Virus record (IMG/VR): IMGVR_UViG_3300005663_000148
Coordinates: 1 to 31,588 of that record
Reading direction: 5' to 3' (one strand)
DNA: 31,588 nucleotides
Source of the DNA: a virus
Taxonomy: Duplodnaviria; Caudoviricetes
In this document: positions 7,274-16,698 of the stretch, one piece after another
How the letters are laid out: every line of letters starts with the position of its first letter
How positions within the stretch are numbered: the stretch's first letter is position 1
Position numbers and translations under genes: made by a program
Notes under the pieces: generated by a model
Database searches by the model: none
The model's input: only the letters and a program-made list of their open reading frames with translations
Told to the model about the DNA's origin: nothing

Positions 7274-8088
7274 GTCAAATACTCCTCAATCCAAGTAGTA
7301 AATTTCATTCTTGTTGGCGGGTCGGTCATCCAGCTTGTATCCGGCATAGGCAATTTTACGGCCTCACGAACGGTCAGCCAATTTTCAAAATCAAAATGAT
7401 TAACTCGCTTACTTCTGGAAATCCATCTTAAACTACCTTTAGTTCCGCATACTTCTGCAACTTGCAGCGTAGTAACAACATCCTGTTTAACGTATTCGAG
7501 CACTTTTAATCTATCTTCAGCTGTACCGTTCCGCCACATTGCAGGAACTTTAGCACCGTCCATTCCCTCTGTTTTACCTTCTAAACCTTGCCCTTTGGCA
7601 GCAGTATTTAGACCTAAATAATGACCTAATGCACAAAATATATGGAACATTAAATCAATATGATCTACGGCAAGCTCCTTGCATTCCTCGTGCAAACCAC
7701 TTTCTTCAGCAAGTATAGGAAAATCAAAACCGAGCCCATTCCAAGTTAAAATCATAAATCCTTCTTTTCTCATGTACTGTAAATAATAAACGAATTGTGC
7801 TACTTCTTGTTTACTCATAGTCCTACCACTGCTAAGTCGCTCGTTAGTAGAACTGCTTGCGTGCCATGCAACTTTCGTACCCGCAATTACGTCAGAGCTA
7901 GATTGCTTGTGTAATGGATCAATAGAGCGCCATGCAACAGGATCGCACATATTTCCATATCGTGTATGCCGTGCGTTCACTATTGAGCCGATACAACTGA
8001 TCCCTAACGGCGTACGCATACGCCAATCGGTTGCGTCCTTAGGTATATCGTTATAAATTTCTATGTCGAAAGCTAGATATTTACGCAT
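7270..8088 (-). CDS. DnaQ/RNase H-like 3'-5' exonuclease (stand-alone)
   Basis: LAFDIEI (ExoI), TWNGLGFDFPIL (ExoII), YVKQDV (ExoIII); ATG at 8088 after GGAG. Confidence 0.85.
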   Translation of the reverse strand: MRKYLAFDIEIYNDIPKDATDWRMRTPLGISCIGSIVNARHTRYGNMCDPVAWRSIDPLHKQSSSDVIAGTKVAWHASSSTNERLSSGRTMSKQEVAQFVYYLQYMRKEGFMILTWNGLGFDFPILAEESGLHEECKELAVDHIDLMFHIFCALGHYLGLNTAAKGQGLEGKTEGMDGAKVPAMWRNGTAEDRLKVLEYVKQDVVTTLQVAEVCGTKGSLRWISRSKRVNHFDFENWLTVREAVKLPMPDTSWMTDPPTRMKFTTWIEEYLT

Positions 8089-8089
8089 A

Positions 8090-8368
8090 TTACTTTTCTC
8101 CAAGATAATTGCGGTATTCTCTATTACTGAGCATACGAAAACATCCCCGCCAGAATGCTGGAAAGATATCTTCTAATATATCCAAAACTTTTTTTGTACA
8201 TTCACAACGATTAAATACTCCACTTTTTTCGTCCGAATGAACTAGAACACTTTCATTGTCATAATTTTCTATCCATACCATATCTCCTTTTACTCCTAAT
8301 TTTCGTAATATAGCAAGATCTTCCTCGTCTGCCATGATCCATCCAACATAGATTTTATCTTTTGACAC
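8090..8368 (-). CDS. hypothetical protein
   Basis: GTG at 8368 after AAAAGGAG. Confidence 0.6.
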   Translation of the reverse strand: MSKDKIYVGWIMADEEDLAILRKLGVKGDMVWIENYDNESVLVHSDEKSGVFNRCECTKKVLDILEDIFPAFWRGCFRMLSNREYRNYLGEK

Positions 8369-8449
8369 AAATACTCCTTTTTGCCTGATGGCAAAATGTG
8401 CCCTGGCCAGGCCCAAAACCCCTAATCGTAGCCAAAAACAAGCGCCCTG

Positions 8450-8475
8450 TACGCTTCCCTACGCTTCTAATTGGG
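8450..8475 (-). repeat. 26-bp intergenic repeat, copy B
   Basis: TACGCTTCCCTACGCTTCTAATTGGG; matches 5361-5386. Confidence 0.85.
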
Positions 8476-8481
8476 GTGTAG

Positions 8482-8808
8482 CTAGGGTTTAGTACCTTTA
8501 TTATATGCACGTTTTATACTATTTCGCAATTTATACTTCATAGATAACAATGGATTACTAACACCTTGTACGAGAGTCGTGACTAACAACATGAGTATAA
8601 CATCGCCAAGTTCTTCAGCAAATCTACCATCAGAGTAATGTTCTTTATCGTCAGAGTTATTTCGTATCCAACCGCCTTTTTTATCAAGCAGTAATTCTTT
8701 AACTTCACCAAGTTCAGTATCCACCCATAGTAAAGATTCTTCAACGGTAGGTCATTTCCTTTTGGTTACTGTATACCATTCAAGAATTAGATTATTTATA
8801 TCAACCAT
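8482..8808 (-). pseudogene. MazG-like protein with an in-frame TGA at 8752-8754 (pseudogene, readthrough or sequence error)
   Basis: MVDINNLILEWYTVTKRK*PTVEESLLWVDTELGEVKE...EELGDV; GAGGT RBS before the ATG at 8808; ExxE and ExxD MazG motifs. Confidence 0.65.
8500..8529 (-). promoter_or_regulatory. putative sigma70 promoter
   Basis: TTGCGA (8529-8524), 18-bp spacer, TATAAT (8505-8500), upstream of repeat copy B. Confidence 0.5.
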
Positions 8809-9250
8809 TTATGACCTCAAATTTGATACGTAAACCATATTCTTCAACAAATTCACCTGTTAGATTTCCACGATGACCTTCTGCATTTTTAATGTACACA
8901 ATTCTAGCTATGAACATTTGAGCGGCAATCAGCGTGCAATCTTGACAAGGAATACCAGTTACATATATCGTAGCTTCTTGTAATTCTTCCGGTGTTGCAA
9001 ATAACATCGCATTCATTTCGCTATGAATACAGCATATCGGTCCAAGCGAATTATCGGGTAAACCGATCCGATAACACATCTCATCATTGCTAGCTCCTCG
9101 AGGTTTGCCATTGTATCCAGTTGAAATGATTCTGCCATCTTTAGAAACTATGACAGTTCCGTATTTAGCTCGTTGACATTTGCTTCGCCCAGCTGTTGCA
9201 ATTGCTATATTCATGAAATATGTGTCTTTATCCATATAAAAATTTTCCAT
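8801..9250 (-). CDS. dCMP deaminase
   Basis: RSKC...GYNG...IHSEMNA...PCQDC Zn-binding deaminase motifs. Confidence 0.9.
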   Translation of the reverse strand: MENFYMDKDTYFMNIAIATAGRSKCQRAKYGTVIVSKDGRIISTGYNGKPRGASNDEMCYRIGLPDNSLGPICCIHSEMNAMLFATPEELQEATIYVTGIPCQDCTLIAAQMFIARIVYIKNAEGHRGNLTGEFVEEYGLRIKFEVING

Positions 9251-10232
9251 ATCTTTTGATAAATTCCTTGGCTGTTGTCGCAGGAACTCTGGTTAGAGCT
9301 TCTTTAAAATATTCAAAATAATTTGGATGAAACAAAATTAATTTTGCATCAGCACTTTGTAGGATGATAGCAATTGGTTCATATTTCTTATCCATCATAG
9401 ATAACTTTGGCATAGTCTCATTCATTGTATAGAAAATCTTTTGTGTTTTTTCTTGTACACGTAATATTTCGTTTGCAATTTCATTGCCTGTGATAATTGA
9501 CATATCTCTCAGATAAGCAAATCTATAGAAAAAGTCGAATTTTTTAACGCCAGATATATCGCCCTCACAACAGTAACGAATATATGCTGCGGAAATACCT
9601 GTATACTTGGCTGTTGCATTTATTGAACCAAATATTTTAGCGTCATTTAAGCGAATTACTGGTCGACCTTTGCCGTCTATTTGACTGCCTTGTATTTCTA
9701 TATCATAATTGGCGTTTGGAAATTCTGGTTTATCAAATGTGATATAGAAAACTTTTTTACGAGCACGCAACGAATGATGTCTTGATAAACGTAACCCTAC
9801 AGTTTTCTTGTAGACTGGTTCCCAAGCTCGGAAATGCTTAGATAATCCGCCTACTGTGCAAGGCCATTCAAATTCGTAATAGTCCTCAACAAATGGTTTG
9901 AATGCCTGAAAAAATTGTCGCATTGGAACACTGTGTGGACCTCCTGGCGTCTCCTTTAAAAACATCTTCAATGGAGGAAGTAAAAATCTAACATAAGCTC
10001 GTAGTGAAAGACTTTTAAATTTTCCTATTCGTTTATAATAACTGAGATCTGGTATAACAGATTTATCAGGTGAAGGTGCGAATGACCATTCATATTTTAT
10101 GCCAGCAACATCCAACAAATATCCGTCGCAACACCATACGATATCTTTACGCGAAATTCCTTCTGTCGCGATAACAACAGCCATTGCAGAGCTGAATATT
10201 TTGCCATCGCTAAGTCTACGTACTCTCGGCAT
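9228..10232 (-). CDS. DNA-binding protein with two NUMOD1-like HTH repeats and a central winged-helix-like domain
   Basis: VRRLSDGKIFSSA...GIS...I.WCCDG and VIRLNDAKIFGSI...GIS...I.YCCEG repeats; no nuclease motif seen. Confidence 0.65.
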   Translation of the reverse strand: MPRVRRLSDGKIFSSAMAVVIATEGISRKDIVWCCDGYLLDVAGIKYEWSFAPSPDKSVIPDLSYYKRIGKFKSLSLRAYVRFLLPPLKMFLKETPGGPHSVPMRQFFQAFKPFVEDYYEFEWPCTVGGLSKHFRAWEPVYKKTVGLRLSRHHSLRARKKVFYITFDKPEFPNANYDIEIQGSQIDGKGRPVIRLNDAKIFGSINATAKYTGISAAYIRYCCEGDISGVKKFDFFYRFAYLRDMSIITGNEIANEILRVQEKTQKIFYTMNETMPKLSMMDKKYEPIAIILQSADAKLILFHPNYFEYFKEALTRVPATTAKEFIKRYGKFLYG

Positions 10233-10241
10233 ATTTGAAAT

Positions 10242-10433
10242 TTATACTAAACTTATTAACCAACCAAGGATAACGGAGACTATTAACAGGTACACAAGAG
10301 CGATAGAAAATTGAATTTCTTTTGGTATATCTTTTATTAGACGAACGATAAGAACTATAGGAACTATGAACAAAAGAACTATGAACAAAAATCCTCGTGC
10401 TACATAGTCAAAAAGCATTAAAAATTCGAACAT
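10242..10433 (-). CDS. small two-TM membrane protein
   Basis: Two hydrophobic stretches; AAGGAG RBS. Confidence 0.7.
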   Translation of the reverse strand: MFEFLMLFDYVARGFLFIVLLFIVPIVLIVRLIKDIPKEIQFSIALVYLLIVSVILGWLISLV

Positions 10434-10452
10434 TTTTTTTCTCCTTATATCT

Positions 10453-10725
10453 TTAATTATTGAAAAACTTTATTCCTGTAGTATGTTGCGAAAGAATCAA
10501 TTGCGAAATAGGCATTTCAGCCTCTAACCGTATTGGGCAATGTATCTCAAGAGCTAGTATAACAGTGGGGCATGGAAAATTATCGCATCCAACACAGGAA
10601 TCGAAATCAAAATTAGCTAACATTGTAGCCGTTTCCATTAAAGAATGCTCTGTTTGAAGATTCAATTTTACAAGCAAAACTGCAATGTTTTTTACTGATA
10701 TAGGATGCCTCTGTTTGAATAACAT
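10453..10725 (-). CDS. hypothetical Cys-motif protein
   Basis: GGAG RBS; CVGCDNFPC...C. Confidence 0.55.
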   Translation of the reverse strand: MLFKQRHPISVKNIAVLLVKLNLQTEHSLMETATMLANFDFDSCVGCDNFPCPTVILALEIHCPIRLEAEMPISQLILSQHTTGIKFFNN

Positions 10726-10794
10726 TTATCTTCTCCAAAAGGTGTGTTTATTTATTATACCATATATGAAGTCAGTTGGCAATATGTTTGTAGA

Positions 10795-13314
10795 TTATTG
10801 CAACATGACATTGAAACGTATTTTTAGAACCTCTTTGCGTTTATGCGGATCAAACTCATCTTTAAATTCAGCTTGAAAATCGTCGCACAACCTTTCTTTT
10901 AGCGTAGAAAAGTGTCGATAAAGTCCTTGCGAACTTTTCCATTTAAATGTTTGGCGACGTGCTTGCGACATAGTTTGTAAGATATCAAATAATTGTGGGA
11001 ATGTTTTCCATTCAGAAGCTTCTTGTGGTTTCAAAGTTAACCACTCTTCCAATAAAAATATCGCTTGCGAGCTTTCTTTTAATTGTTTCATTTGGCTATC
11101 AACCATTGACAACAATCCGCCGGATAAATTTTTCGCGTGAATAATTTTAGATTTTTTTATTTTTTCACAGAAGACAGTAAAGTCAACCAATCTACTTTTA
11201 GTGGGCGGTAGAACCATTGGATCGTCTTTCAAAATTTCAACAACACTGCTTAATTTGATTAATAAATCTGCCCATATTGCTGGACCGTACTCCCTGATTT
11301 TACGCTGCAAAACATATTCAGGTAATGGTGTAGTCAGTTTAGTCATCTCAAGTACAAGCAATCGTGTAAATAATGTTTCATCACTAAACGGCATATTTAC
11401 GGCTGTGATAGCAACAAAACATTGTGGAACAATCGTATATTTTCTATTCGTATGGTACAATTTACGAAGCTCAATATGACTTCCGGTTGAGAGTTTGTTC
11501 AATAAATCAACTAGCCACCAAACGCCTGATTTTTCTAGATTGTCCAGTGCCAATAATCTATGCGAAGAAATACTCGCTCGCAACGCATCTTGTTTATCTG
11601 TAGGTATTGATAATACGTCTGAATCAGGTTCTTCCAAAATTCGCAATATACGACGTATAGCCGTAGTTTTCCCTGAACCTTGTATTCCAAGCATTGCAAG
11701 TATCGGTTTCGTCGGCAACATCTCTTGAAAAAAATATGCTAATAACCACGCTTTCAATAATTCTTTTTGCTCATCCGGTGTAGCTGGAGCTTCTGAGGAT
11801 GTTGTAAAAGACAAATCGTTAACCAAATGATCCCAAGTATCAACTCGCTGAGTGTCAAAATCAGGTATGACATATTCACCAGAAATATTTGTTATGAACA
11901 TATAACCGCATTCACCATTGTATGACTTATCAATTTTACCTTCACCACTAATTATGTATACCTCAGGGCCACCTAGATTAACATATAATTTTTTTGCCGA
12001 CTCAGACCAAAAAGTTCGATGCAAAATTGGAATAATCGGTGCATCACGAATTATCCGTAGCCGTAATTCAGTAGCAGTTAATTTGCTGAAATTTTCTATA
12101 GGATTTAAGCCAAAAATCTTGTTCAATAATGAATCCCATTGTTCGCTACCTTCATCAATAACTGTATGCGTTTCCGAATCGTACCAGTATGCCAAATTTT
12201 CTTTATTTTGAAATATCTTACAGCCACTGTCATGTAGAATAGTCCATATAACTGATGCGGCAAGTCTAGCTGACTCCAGCTTTGGTCGTCCTCTGGAATA
12301 TCGTATGTCATCAATTTGCGCAACAGTATCTGGAGCACGTATAAGCGATACAAGCTCAGATAACTTCTGCATCGCTGAAACGGGTAATATTTCTCCCAGA
12401 CCTTGTCGTCCACGAACACTTTTTCCTTCTTTATGTCGACTGAACGTTGTTTGAACTGTTTGTAATCGGTTGCGTAGTTCGTCATCGTCACTACGTGTAA
12501 CTATTTTACGAATTAATTCCTTCGTTTGGTCAACACCCCATCCTTCATGTGCTAAGTAACCACTGAGAAATAAACTAAGATCATGCCTAACTCCATCACG
12601 CCAATAGGCTGAAATAAGCTCTACTAATTGTGTCTCTAAATCTGGACCTGACTCTATTATTGCTAAGACATCTTCAGCAGAAGCTTTGTAAGATAAAATA
12701 TCACAAGGTTCTAATATAGGTCCAGTTTCCCAACCGTTCAGCATATCCACGAATATACTTTGCGCATGTGACCGTGGATGAACACCTAAAGGAATTTTTA
12801 GTAGATTACCTTTTGGTCTACTACGAGTTAATCTATCTTGTTTGGGAAAACATTCAACATGTGTTGACCCACGTTTCTGTAAACCCTCACTTTCACGTAC
12901 CCAGTCAACAATCTTTTTTGCATCTACTGCTGGTAAAGGTTCTTTTAAGAAAACTAGCACATGATAACCTTTGCCGCCAGAATATTCCACGGCATACGGT
13001 ACATGCTCTAGATATTTTGTAATTTGCTCGACTAACTTTCTTGCTTTTAGAATATCTGAGCTATCTACATCCCAACCAAACCATTTAACAGCATCAATAC
13101 CCTGCATTAATTGATAACTGCCTAGAATGACCTTGCCCTTTGTATGTTCTTTAATATTTTCGTATTCTAATGCAAGCTCCACAGGCTTGTAATACATATC
13201 TGCATCGGAAACAATACACTTTGCATAGTAAGGATTTCCGCCAAATATTTCTAATAATAATTTTTCAACATTTTTAGAGCGTATCTTATCTTGAACTGCA
13301 AGTTGAGCCGTCAT
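10795..13314 (-). CDS. AEP primase / PriCT / P-loop helicase fusion
   Basis: WDVD and SGGKGYH AEP motifs; GVRHDLSLFLSGYL PriCT-like segment; Walker A GIQGSGKTT and LALDN Walker B. Confidence 0.85.
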   Translation of the reverse strand: MTAQLAVQDKIRSKNVEKLLLEIFGGNPYYAKCIVSDADMYYKPVELALEYENIKEHTKGKVILGSYQLMQGIDAVKWFGWDVDSSDILKARKLVEQITKYLEHVPYAVEYSGGKGYHVLVFLKEPLPAVDAKKIVDWVRESEGLQKRGSTHVECFPKQDRLTRSRPKGNLLKIPLGVHPRSHAQSIFVDMLNGWETGPILEPCDILSYKASAEDVLAIIESGPDLETQLVELISAYWRDGVRHDLSLFLSGYLAHEGWGVDQTKELIRKIVTRSDDDELRNRLQTVQTTFSRHKEGKSVRGRQGLGEILPVSAMQKLSELVSLIRAPDTVAQIDDIRYSRGRPKLESARLAASVIWTILHDSGCKIFQNKENLAYWYDSETHTVIDEGSEQWDSLLNKIFGLNPIENFSKLTATELRLRIIRDAPIIPILHRTFWSESAKKLYVNLGGPEVYIISGEGKIDKSYNGECGYMFITNISGEYVIPDFDTQRVDTWDHLVNDLSFTTSSEAPATPDEQKELLKAWLLAYFFQEMLPTKPILAMLGIQGSGKTTAIRRILRILEEPDSDVLSIPTDKQDALRASISSHRLLALDNLEKSGVWWLVDLLNKLSTGSHIELRKLYHTNRKYTIVPQCFVAITAVNMPFSDETLFTRLLVLEMTKLTTPLPEYVLQRKIREYGPAIWADLLIKLSSVVEILKDDPMVLPPTKSRLVDFTVFCEKIKKSKIIHAKNLSGGLLSMVDSQMKQLKESSQAIFLLEEWLTLKPQEASEWKTFPQLFDILQTMSQARRQTFKWKSSQGLYRHFSTLKERLCDDFQAEFKDEFDPHKRKEVLKIRFNVMLQ

Positions 13315-13326
13315 TGCTCTACCTTC

Positions 13327-15147
13327 CTATTCTAAATAATGCTCCTTTTTACCGCTGACTTTTTGCAATGTTCCATAGGTTTTGCCTAATTTAACGTCAG
13401 TAACAAATGGAATTGAAAAAATATCTTCTACCTGCATAATTTCTGAAATGTTTTTTGAGCATTCCTCTGTTGAGTTCTCAGGAATTTCTGTAATAATTTC
13501 GTCATGCACAAAGTTTATGATATTACAGTCATTGCCATACTTATTCAACCATTTATTTACGCGAATTCCCGCAATAGATAGAAGTTCAGCACAACCACCC
13601 TGAATTTGTGCATTAGCTCCTTTATACATAAATTTTGGATTATCTTCCTTCCAAAGTCTACCGCTCCAATATCTTAAAAATCCTGCCTCTTTACATTGGT
13701 CAATACGTTCAAATAGCCAAGGTTGAATTCGAGGAAATGCTTTCCAATAATTGTCGCACACGTTAGAAGCTTCAGGAGCAGTCATGTTTAATTTAAACAT
13801 CAATGAACCAATTGTCATACCATAAATCAATCCAAAACTAATTGTTTTACTCCATTCACGATGAACCTTATCACGAACACCCCAAACTCGCTCAGCAATA
13901 TCCGCATGTATATCTTTGCCAGCTGCCAAAGAATCTAACATGAACGGGTCCTCTGATAAGATCCCAAACATTCGCATTTCCATTTGCTTGTAGTCTACTG
14001 CGAGAAATATTTTTCCCTCCGGCGCTATAAACGCTTTTCGTAAATTATATTCATCAGTACGTTTTGTTTCACCCGTAAAGATACTTTGTGTAAATCTACC
14101 TCTATGGTCGCTCGGCACGTTCTGCATATTCGGCTTAGACGAACTTAGTCTACCAGTACGTGTTCCTGTTAAATTAAAATTCGTGTGTACTCTATTATTG
14201 TCATCCATCAATTCAAGATACTTTTTCATGGTAGCTCTCATACGGTGTGATTCGCGTAAAGCACCTATTAAAGTTCCTAATGGATGATGCACTTTTTCTG
14301 TTAACAGAAACATACTGGTACAAGTAGATTTATATAAACCTGCATCTGCAAATTTACTGCGGTCAACACCATCTGAGTCTGCAAATGGATTTTTAGGCTT
14401 TTCTATGCCTAGATCGTCATAAATCGCTTTGCTTAATTGTTGATGTGAACGCCAATTGAATGTATAACCTATTGAGTCATATAAACGCTCCTCCAATTTA
14501 AGAAGTGTTACGTCCTGTAACACAATTCCTTTCTCCAAAAACTCTGGATCCATTTCTATACCATGTCGTTCCGTTTTCCATAAGACTTTCAAATATTGCA
14601 TATCCTTGATAAAAATATTCCATAGACCCCACTTTTTTACTCTTGATGCAAGTTCTGTAAAAAGTTGTTCTGTAATTAGTACATCATTACAAGCGTAATC
14701 AGCAACAACTTCTAAAGGCCAATTGTGAATTTTTGTACGCACAGGCGCTTGCAGGATGTGATCTCGTTTACTATCCTCGCCAAGAAAAATTGCTTCTGCT
14801 GTTGCCAATGCCTTTTTGTTTCGACTATCTAGTAAATGAATTAAATCAGTCGTATCGTAAATATTCCAAGCTAGTTTTTCAGGATTAGCGTTCAAAAAAT
14901 GAAGATCAAATTTTGCATTATGCATGATTACATTTGTATCAGGCGCTAATTCTTGAAATACACCGTATGCGTCTCTACGTTCCTGCTCAGTTAACGTAGG
15001 TAGATAACCATGAATATTTTCTTGCGGACAATAAACAGCCACGCCTATTATATGATTATGCGGCCATAAGAGACCATTAGTTTCAGTATCAATTGTGACC
15101 CATTTACCTGAGCATCTTGGAATATCGGATAGTTTCAATAATTTCAT
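13327..15147 (-). CDS. polA: family A DNA polymerase with 3'-5' exonuclease
   Basis: DTETNG, HNAKFD and YACND exo motifs; TRTGRLSSSKPNMQN; DYKQMEMR (A); REWSKTISFGLIYG (B); VHDE (C). Confidence 0.95.
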   Translation of the reverse strand: MKLLKLSDIPRCSGKWVTIDTETNGLLWPHNHIIGVAVYCPQENIHGYLPTLTEQERRDAYGVFQELAPDTNVIMHNAKFDLHFLNANPEKLAWNIYDTTDLIHLLDSRNKKALATAEAIFLGEDSKRDHILQAPVRTKIHNWPLEVVADYACNDVLITEQLFTELASRVKKWGLWNIFIKDMQYLKVLWKTERHGIEMDPEFLEKGIVLQDVTLLKLEERLYDSIGYTFNWRSHQQLSKAIYDDLGIEKPKNPFADSDGVDRSKFADAGLYKSTCTSMFLLTEKVHHPLGTLIGALRESHRMRATMKKYLELMDDNNRVHTNFNLTGTRTGRLSSSKPNMQNVPSDHRGRFTQSIFTGETKRTDEYNLRKAFIAPEGKIFLAVDYKQMEMRMFGILSEDPFMLDSLAAGKDIHADIAERVWGVRDKVHREWSKTISFGLIYGMTIGSLMFKLNMTAPEASNVCDNYWKAFPRIQPWLFERIDQCKEAGFLRYWSGRLWKEDNPKFMYKGANAQIQGGCAELLSIAGIRVNKWLNKYGNDCNIINFVHDEIITEIPENSTEECSKNISEIMQVEDIFSIPFVTDVKLGKTYGTLQKVSGKKEHYLE

Positions 15148-15314
15148 TCATCTTCCTCTACTTTATTTAGAATAATTTTATCAGAGGATACGCACATAAA
15201 TCTAGCGTTGAAGACATCAAAAATTTTACCACAGTCATCGCATTTATACTTCCAACGTATACCGCAGTCACATAAATTATATCCAGAACATATTTCACAT
15301 GCCAAAATAATCAT
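15144..15314 (-). CDS. 56-aa zinc-ribbon protein
   Basis: MIILACEICSGYNLCDCGIRWKYKCDDCGKIF...; TAATG and ATGA couplings at both ends; read manually. Confidence 0.7.
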   Translation of the reverse strand: MIILACEICSGYNLCDCGIRWKYKCDDCGKIFDVFNARFMCVSSDKIILNKVEEDE

Positions 15315-15520
15315 TATTTATGCTTAATCCACCAGCCATGTCTTTGAGAAATATTTCCATTCAAAGCTAATATTACGTCATCAAGAGCATCGCGATATCC
15401 ACCGTTGTATCCCTCGCCTGCCATAGCGCCAGCAATTCTACCACGTTTAGCATGAGCAGAAATTTCTCTTGTAACATTTTTATAAACTATATTGATAAGT
15501 CTTTTTATTCCTTTTACCAT
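15314..15520 (-). CDS. hypothetical protein
   Basis: ATG at 15520 overlaps the thyX stop (TGATG); GYNGGYRDALDDV. Confidence 0.65.
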   Translation of the reverse strand: MVKGIKRLINIVYKNVTREISAHAKRGRIAGAMAGEGYNGGYRDALDDVILALNGNISQRHGWWIKHK

Positions 15521-16269
15521 CAACTTTCCTTTTGCCACTTGCAAGGTCGATCAAATGAAGCTCGATATCCGCATGGCTCACCTCTTTCGTACGGAGCTCT
15601 TAGTAATTCTTCCAGATGCGTTCCCATTTCTTCTTTAATGATTGCACGCATTTTTCGAAGTATGAATTGCCACTCTCCAGGCTGAACTTGACAACAGAGG
15701 CGCTGTGGGAAAATAACATTTTGCAATGTTCGAAATGAACACTTGAAGAATATATTTGTCAATGTATCTGCTGGCAGTATTCCACGTGCAACTTCGCTAG
15801 GAACACCCTTTTCAATAAGTTCCACATATGCAGTCACAGCAATGACTGCCGTATTAGCGTATCGTTCAAATAATTCTTCTTCGCCTTTATACAGAATTCT
15901 ATACACCTGCTTTGCACCGAAAAATCGCATACTCTCTTGAACGAAAGCAGTACCAATACGATAACGAACTAATTGATGTGTAAATGTGCGAGAGACATTG
16001 TTTAACAGCCATACAATATCAAGCATTTCTAATGGTGTTTGCAACTTAGTCTTTACAATATCGTCAAAAGCATCATCAATACTATACTCGTTATATCTAT
16101 GTTTAGGGTCAAAATTGTAGATACCTTTATAACCACGGGTCGTTAAATGAACAACATCTTCAGGATATGCGCTATGACTTATAAGATGAACCTCGGCTAC
16201 GGGTGGAGAGACTATCTCCACCCGATACTCGCCGAATTTCTTAGAAACGAGTGTTCTTTGGTAAATCAT
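15520..16269 (-). CDS. thyX: divergent FAD-dependent thymidylate synthase (ThyX-like)
   Basis: VSRTFTHQLVRYR-x8-SMRF, GVPSEVARGILP and QRLC motifs; ATGA coupling at 16269. Confidence 0.85.
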   Translation of the reverse strand: MIYQRTLVSKKFGEYRVEIVSPPVAEVHLISHSAYPEDVVHLTTRGYKGIYNFDPKHRYNEYSIDDAFDDIVKTKLQTPLEMLDIVWLLNNVSRTFTHQLVRYRIGTAFVQESMRFFGAKQVYRILYKGEEELFERYANTAVIAVTAYVELIEKGVPSEVARGILPADTLTNIFFKCSFRTLQNVIFPQRLCCQVQPGEWQFILRKMRAIIKEEMGTHLEELLRAPYERGEPCGYRASFDRPCKWQKES

Positions 16270-16589
16270 GCCCCATCCCAATTATCCGCAGCTAACATCA
16301 TAAGCGCAATATTCGCATAATTGTGCAGATCCTTAAACACATTAATCAATGCTTCACGGTTATTTTTACCATGTCCAGGATCTTTAAGAACTAGGGGTCG
16401 TAACCTGGCAGACACACCAATCAACTCTACTGATGCCCCTAATACGCCGGTCACAGTAATTGTATCACCATATTCTTCATTCCTCTGCACAAAGATTTTC
16501 TTGCCAGATGCACAGGCTTTGTTGAATTGATTACTTCTTGCTTTCTGCAGAGTAGTTCGTGATTCTAATTGTTCTGGTTGTTGAGTCAT
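16266..16589 (-). CDS. DUF1599-like (nucleotide-modification-associated) protein
   Basis: FVQRNEEYGD and KDLHNYANIALM motifs; ATG at 16589 after GAAGGAG. Confidence 0.65.
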   Translation of the reverse strand: MTQQPEQLESRTTLQKARSNQFNKACASGKKIFVQRNEEYGDTITVTGVLGASVELIGVSARLRPLVLKDPGHGKNNREALINVFKDLHNYANIALMMLAADNWDGA

Positions 16590-16698
16590 TTCTTTTGTTT
16601 CTCCTTCAAGTCTGATTAGTCTACGGCTATTGTTTATGCCTGCTGAGGCAAGCATTGTCCTAAAATCATCAGCTACAGTACTCGGTCTCCAACTTGCT

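Noticed and set aside
10361-10390. 15-bp tandem duplication GAACTATGAACAAAA
   Set aside because: Lies in low-complexity TM-coding sequence (LFIVL); likely slippage
13327-15147. Z-genome (DpoZ/PurZ) or 7-deazaguanine system
   Set aside because: No PurZ, QueC/D/E, FolE or DpdA-like gene is recognisable in the window
16656-16672. Hammerhead ribozyme suggested by CUGAUGA on the - strand
   Set aside because: No properly placed GAAA or stem II architecture
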